Shown here: piece after piece, positions 59,426 to 64,000 of the stretch | Layout of the letters: every line of letters begins with the position of its first letter | How positions within the stretch are numbered: position 1 is the first letter of the stretch | Assembly (NCBI GenBank): GCA_002269645.1 | Contig: NIVC01001447.1 | Coordinates: 1-64,000, forward strand | Reading direction: 5' to 3' | DNA: 64,000 bases | DNA from: Macrostomum lignano | Taxonomy: Eukaryota | Notes under the pieces: generated by a model | Told to the model about the DNA's origin: nothing | The model's database searches: none | The model's input: the letters and a program-made list of their open reading frames with translations, nothing else | Translations under genes and position numbers: made by a program

Positions 59426-59717
59426 TCTCCGACAGTGAGACTCATAAGCAAAAAGAGAAGTTTTAAAATATTATTTCTCAAAACGACGATCTCGGAACTA
59501 AAATGAGGGCTGCAGTAATTTGTGTGCAAACGCTCTGAATCACTTAGACAATTAGTGCACGCAGCTTAGTATTGCTGGTACTTTGGCTTCTCAAATGATC
59601 TTGCTGGCGTTTGGTGTCTAGCTTGACAGCACAAATAGTTGCTAGTGCATCTTTTTATCCTGTAATATCTTTTTGTACTTGTATTTATGCGTTTGTGTTG
59701 TATATGTATTTCCGTTT

Positions 59718-59885
59718 CCGCTGCCCTGCCTCCCTCTCCCCGCCTCCCACCGCTGCCCTGCCTCCCTCTCCCCGCCTCCCACCGCTGCCCTGCCTCCCTC
59801 TCCCCGCCTCCCACCGCTGCCCTGCCTCCCTCTCCCCGCCTCCCACCGCTGCCCTGCCTCCCTCTCCCCGCCTCCCACCGCTGCT
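59718..59885 (+). repeat. 32-bp C-rich minisatellite (CCGCTGCCCTGCCTCCCTCTCCCCGCCTCCCA)n
   Basis: About 5 copies. Confidence 0.9.
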
Positions 59886-60804
59886 CTCCCTCTCCAAATC
59901 ACAAAGAAAATAGACCGCACTCTGTTTAATCTACTGAAAATCAGCTTTAATAAAAAACATTTGTGCTTTGCCTAAAAATAAAGAGCTGCAGCTTCAGTGA
60001 CTCCTCTATTATTTTGTGTGTGAATCTTAATTGCTAAATTTACTTCTCAGTAATGCTATAAATATATGGTAGCAAGGGTTTCCGTGTGGCCTGATGCATA
60101 TCAAATACCCGCACACGCAGGAAACAAAACAGGTTTCACAGACACCATTAAGCCATCCAAAGACGTCACGACGGACCGAGGCGGGGAGACTTCTAAACAA
60201 TTTTTAAACAAAACCTTTAAAAAAATCAGAGATACGAGTCAGAGGTTCTTTAAAGTACGTTTTTAAGTTAAACTAAAACAGTTTACGATGCCCGTAGGTA
60301 TTTTTAATCATGCTGAGAGGTTGTTTATCGATGTAACCTTTGGCGAGAATTTTAAATGAAACAAATGCGATTCACTGTCCAAAATTCGCTCTCTTGGTAT
60401 CCAAGGGAAATGCAAATGCAACTCTTCAGACAAGCTCATTGAATTATTTCATGCTACGCAAGGAGGAGGAAGTGTACGTGCCATTGCTGGATAAGATAAC
60501 ACTCGACATGGAGAGCAGGCAATAGAAGCAGAGTCGCGACCTCAAAAAGTCAGAATAGTCCGTTCTTTATTCCAGAATGGATGTCATTGATTTTTGGCTT
60601 GTATATTTTTGAGTGAGTAAGCTCTGCTAAACGGCGTTAATGTCAAAATAAATGTTAAAATAAAAGAATATTTACAGCCATGGAGGATATTACTCGTAGC
60701 ACAGCCGTTTCTTACTGAATTTGCAATGCTCGCTTTTTGAAACTAAAGTAATTGATAACCTTACCGTGGATTTTTTTGTGATTCTTCGCTGTGTCTCGCA
60801 CAGT

Positions 60805-61160
60805 ATTTTTGCTGATGCTTCAGATTTGTGAAAGTGCTGGTAAAGGCCATGTAAGATTTTTGCTGATGCTTCAGATTTGTGAAAGTGCTGGTAAAGGCCA
60901 TGTAAGATTTTTGCTGATGCTTCAGATTTGTGAAAGTGCTGGTAAAGGCAATGTAAGATTTTTGCTGATGCTTCAGATTTGTGAAAGTGCTGGTAAAGGC
61001 CATGTAAGATTTTTGCTGATGCTTCAGATTTGTGAAAGTGCTGGTAAAGGCCATGTAAGATTTTTGCTGATGCTTCAGATTTGTGAAAGTGCTGATAAAG
61101 GCCATGTAAGATTTTTGCTGATGCTTCAGATTTGTGAAAGTACTGGTAAAGGCCATGTAA
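60805..61160 (+). repeat. 51-bp minisatellite downstream of the GT32 gene
   Basis: 7 copies of GATTTTTGCTGATGCTTCAGATTTGTGAAAGTGCTGGTAAAGGCCATGTAA. Confidence 0.92.
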
Positions 61161-61304
61161 GTCAGGAATCGGAATACAAATAATGAGGCTAGTCAGGTAA
61201 GGTCAGGTAAAGAGCATTACAGAAGAAAAAGCTAGCAAACACTCTGAAAGCTCTTTGACTTTCATATTGTGCTAAATGACAAACTAAAGTTAAGTTCAAG
61301 TTAA

Positions 61305-62684
61305 TTAGGGCTGACCGCTCCCATACAAGATGCGACGGCACATCTCACCGTACATTGAATTCAGCGTTCGTATGCTGTCCATGCTGTGCTGCTTATTGTA
61401 CAGGCGAAACCACAGGTGCATGACGTAGTTCTTCGTCCTCCAATCCCACCTGCTCTGCTGTCCTATATTGTAGATCCAGGTCCTCTCCTCCGGAGTCCAG
61501 TTCGGCCGGTCCATGCTCTCCTCTTCCACGTGACACAGGTCCGGGAAGGCGGCTTGCATCGAGTGCGGAAGCTTCACTGAGTGTTCGCCCCAAGCCTCAT
61601 CGTTGAACACCTGGTACGCCGTGTGCCACATCGCCAGAAACGTCCCGCTAGGAGCGGACAAGAAGACGCCGTTGCACAGACCGTATGGAACCTCCCTGCC
61701 AATGGTGCAAACGAATTTCCGAAGAGGCTCCAGCGGTTTCAGAACCAGGACATCGATGTCCATGTACAGTCCTCCGAATACGAGCACAGCTTCAAGCCTC
61801 ATCACATCTGACTGGTGCTCTTTTCCGTGAACTGGAACCGTGTACACGGATGTGGGAATCGGTCTCTGCACGAATATGATCCTCTCTTCCCACTCCGACT
61901 CGGTCAGATTCTTCCTGACTCTGTCCCACCAATGTCCGCTTGGCAGCTTGCCAGGAGCGTACCACAGCAGCAGACGGTGAGGCTTCATTATGTGCAGACA
62001 GCTGAGGAGGCTGACCATCTGGTGGAACTGCAGGTTGGTTTCGCCGAACGGCATGACAAAGTGAGCAATGTTTGGCACCTGGAATCCAGGCTGAATGGTC
62101 GACTTCGCCACGGAATGGACCTCCTCAATGGTGAGCTTCTTGCCGCTGGGACTGTGCGGAGACCATGCGCTGGTGTCGACAGCTGGCAGGTAGGTGGCCA
62201 TCATCTGGTCCAGTCGACTGTGGTACCTGCCGCTGTGCTTCTTAGCAGCCTCCTTCAGCATCGGGAAGTTTTTCTTTAGAGCTCTAGAGTCAACAGGCAA
62301 GGAGCTGAAGCCTTTTTGTTTTTCTTCCGATTCCTTCATTGCGCTGGACTTCTGCAACGGCTTCGGAGTCTGTGAGTCCGTCTTGTGGACTGTCTTCGGA
62401 GTCTGTGAGTCCGTCTTGTGGACTGTCTTCGGAGTCTGTGATTCCGTCTTGTGGCCTGTCTTCGGAGTCTGCGCGCTCTGTGAAGTCATGCGAGCCGGCT
62501 CGTCTGAGACCTCAGTGTTTCTGCTTGGCGCATCGACTACCTCTGTATCAAATAATACAGTTTGAGTTCGTATCCAGGGTTTGATTCCGATGTAAAAGAG
62601 GCTTAGACTGAGCAGCACAGCGAGCGCGGCCACGCATCTGCGGTTAGATGTCTGAAAAATCCAGTTGCACAGGAGGTGCTGCAT
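61305..62684 (-). CDS. GT32-family glycosyltransferase (alpha-1,4-GlcNAc/Gal-transferase-like), type II membrane, 459 aa, single coding exon
   Basis: N-terminal TM (CVAALAVLLSLSLFYIGI), stem with 11-aa repeats, VPNIAHFV, HQSDVMRLEAVLVFGGLYMDIDV (DxD) and LCNGVFLSAPSGTFLAMW. Confidence 0.9.
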   Translation of the reverse strand: MQHLLCNWIFQTSNRRCVAALAVLLSLSLFYIGIKPWIRTQTVLFDTEVVDAPSRNTEVSDEPARMTSQSAQTPKTGHKTESQTPKTVHKTDSQTPKTVHKTDSQTPKPLQKSSAMKESEEKQKGFSSLPVDSRALKKNFPMLKEAAKKHSGRYHSRLDQMMATYLPAVDTSAWSPHSPSGKKLTIEEVHSVAKSTIQPGFQVPNIAHFVMPFGETNLQFHQMVSLLSCLHIMKPHRLLLWYAPGKLPSGHWWDRVRKNLTESEWEERIIFVQRPIPTSVYTVPVHGKEHQSDVMRLEAVLVFGGLYMDIDVLVLKPLEPLRKFVCTIGREVPYGLCNGVFLSAPSGTFLAMWHTAYQVFNDEAWGEHSVKLPHSMQAAFPDLCHVEEESMDRPNWTPEERTWIYNIGQQSRWDWRTKNYVMHLWFRLYNKQHSMDSIRTLNSMYGEMCRRILYGSGQP

Positions 62685-64000
62685 TCGGGCGCAGCATCAA
62701 TTGCGCTTTCAAACAATATTGCTTGCGTAACTCCAACTGAGTTCGATCCGGTTTCTGGTTTGTATAAAAGTTTGAGATGAACGCCTGTTTGTCTTGACGA
62801 AGTTGTGCTTCTTGCAGGAGCGTGCGAAGTGTGTGCTGCTATCACCGTGTTAAACTGGTAATAGCAGGCTTTGATATAACATATAGCTAGAAATAGGGCT
62901 GTGCTAGTGCGCGCGCGTGTTTGTTTCCTGACATTCTTAGTGAATGTAAAGCTAGCCAGTTCTTTTTTGTTCTTATCTTCGCGTACGCTATAGTCAGTGT
63001 ATGTTGGGTAGAGGTGGGTGTGCGCAAGAAACCTGTCTGTGTCTCTGGCTCATTTTACAGGGGACAGCGCGCACCGCCAACAGGGGCCGAATCCGATTCT
63101 CGTCTCTCATCCCTGCTCAGCGCCCAAAATTTCCTCTCTTCCCTGAGTGCGTGAGGAAGAGAGAGACAGAGAGAGAGAGAGAAAGCCGAGGAAGAAGGGT
63201 GCTTTTCTGCCGGAGACTGTGATGGGCAGTGAGCACGGTCTCCAAGTAGAGGGAGAGCCACAGCGATGGTAATTAAAATCTATCTATAGATGACAACAAC
63301 TACGTGAAATATAAATTGGAGTGAATGCTACTTACTGTAGAACAAGAACACCTTGCCCCCATTAAAATTGGCAGTAAGGCTTAAGTCCTCGTACGCTTTT
63401 ATTCGTTCTCGTTTCAAGATTTCAAGTATCATAAAAAATATTATTATACGTATTACTATTATATTATTATTTTACCTATTATTATAGGTAAATCTTCAGC
63501 CAGTTCAGCCAGCGAAGGTCGCCAAGCGTACAAAAGTACACAAGCAGATGTACACGCATCATTGAGTGCGCTCTTTTCATTGGCTGCTGTTATGTTTTGG
63601 ATATGAATGTTATATTACGGCATAGCCGTCTGTGCTGCGCTTAGTTCGTATCTGCAGCTCTCGTATATTTAGCTTATAAAGACATAAAGCTAAGGTCATA
63701 GACAACTTAATTCGGTCTGTCTGCGACATCCCTTTTTTTCCAAAAAGAAGTGTCATACGCATTAATGGATGAATGAATGAAAATGGCATTGTCAGTTCAG
63801 TTTGAGTGCATATAATTATGTAGCCTTGTAAAATTGAGTTGGCTTTACTTCACGTCCATATCGTGTAATGTATTTTGTTCCACCAGATTTTCCAGAATCC
63901 AGCTGAGAACTGTGTACTGTATTGGATGCATGAGCGTCTGAGCTGGAAGTCTGAATCGTTCCATTGTTAGAATCCTGATTAGGTAGTTGAATCCTTGAAT

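Overview
Eukaryotic (metazoan) genomic DNA with GC-rich exons, spliceosomal introns and a private minisatellite in most long introns. This style suggests a Macrostomum-like flatworm long-read assembly (inference only). There are no prokaryotic features and no CRISPR array. I hand-spliced eight genes. (1) A LicD/fukutin-family protein whose catalytic DxD is replaced by SVS. (2) A partial single-pass membrane protein ending in IIYEVVV. (3) A 13-exon minus-strand gene of about 4,478 aa with an N-terminal coiled coil, a 9.75-kb exon and a 17-aa RD/RS-rich coding repeat. (4) A UBC12-like E2 enzyme with a long acidic tail. (5) An intronless divergent RPL9. (6) An LC8-type dynein light chain. (7) A 14-exon GABA-B-like class C GPCR with two GC-AG introns. 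(8) A GT32 glycosyltransferase. Mobile DNA includes a 2.65-kb foldback element whose arms are built from 151-bp modules, an internally deleted hAT element with a perfect 8-bp TSD, a CMC/EnSpm-like non-autonomous element, a probable solo LTR and a tRNA-derived SINE. Two related retroelement-like inserts are also stacked in one 12-bp target at a splice donor. Most reading-frame breaks are single-base losses in homopolymers and look like assembly errors. All coordinates were counted by hand; repeat boundaries are approximate.
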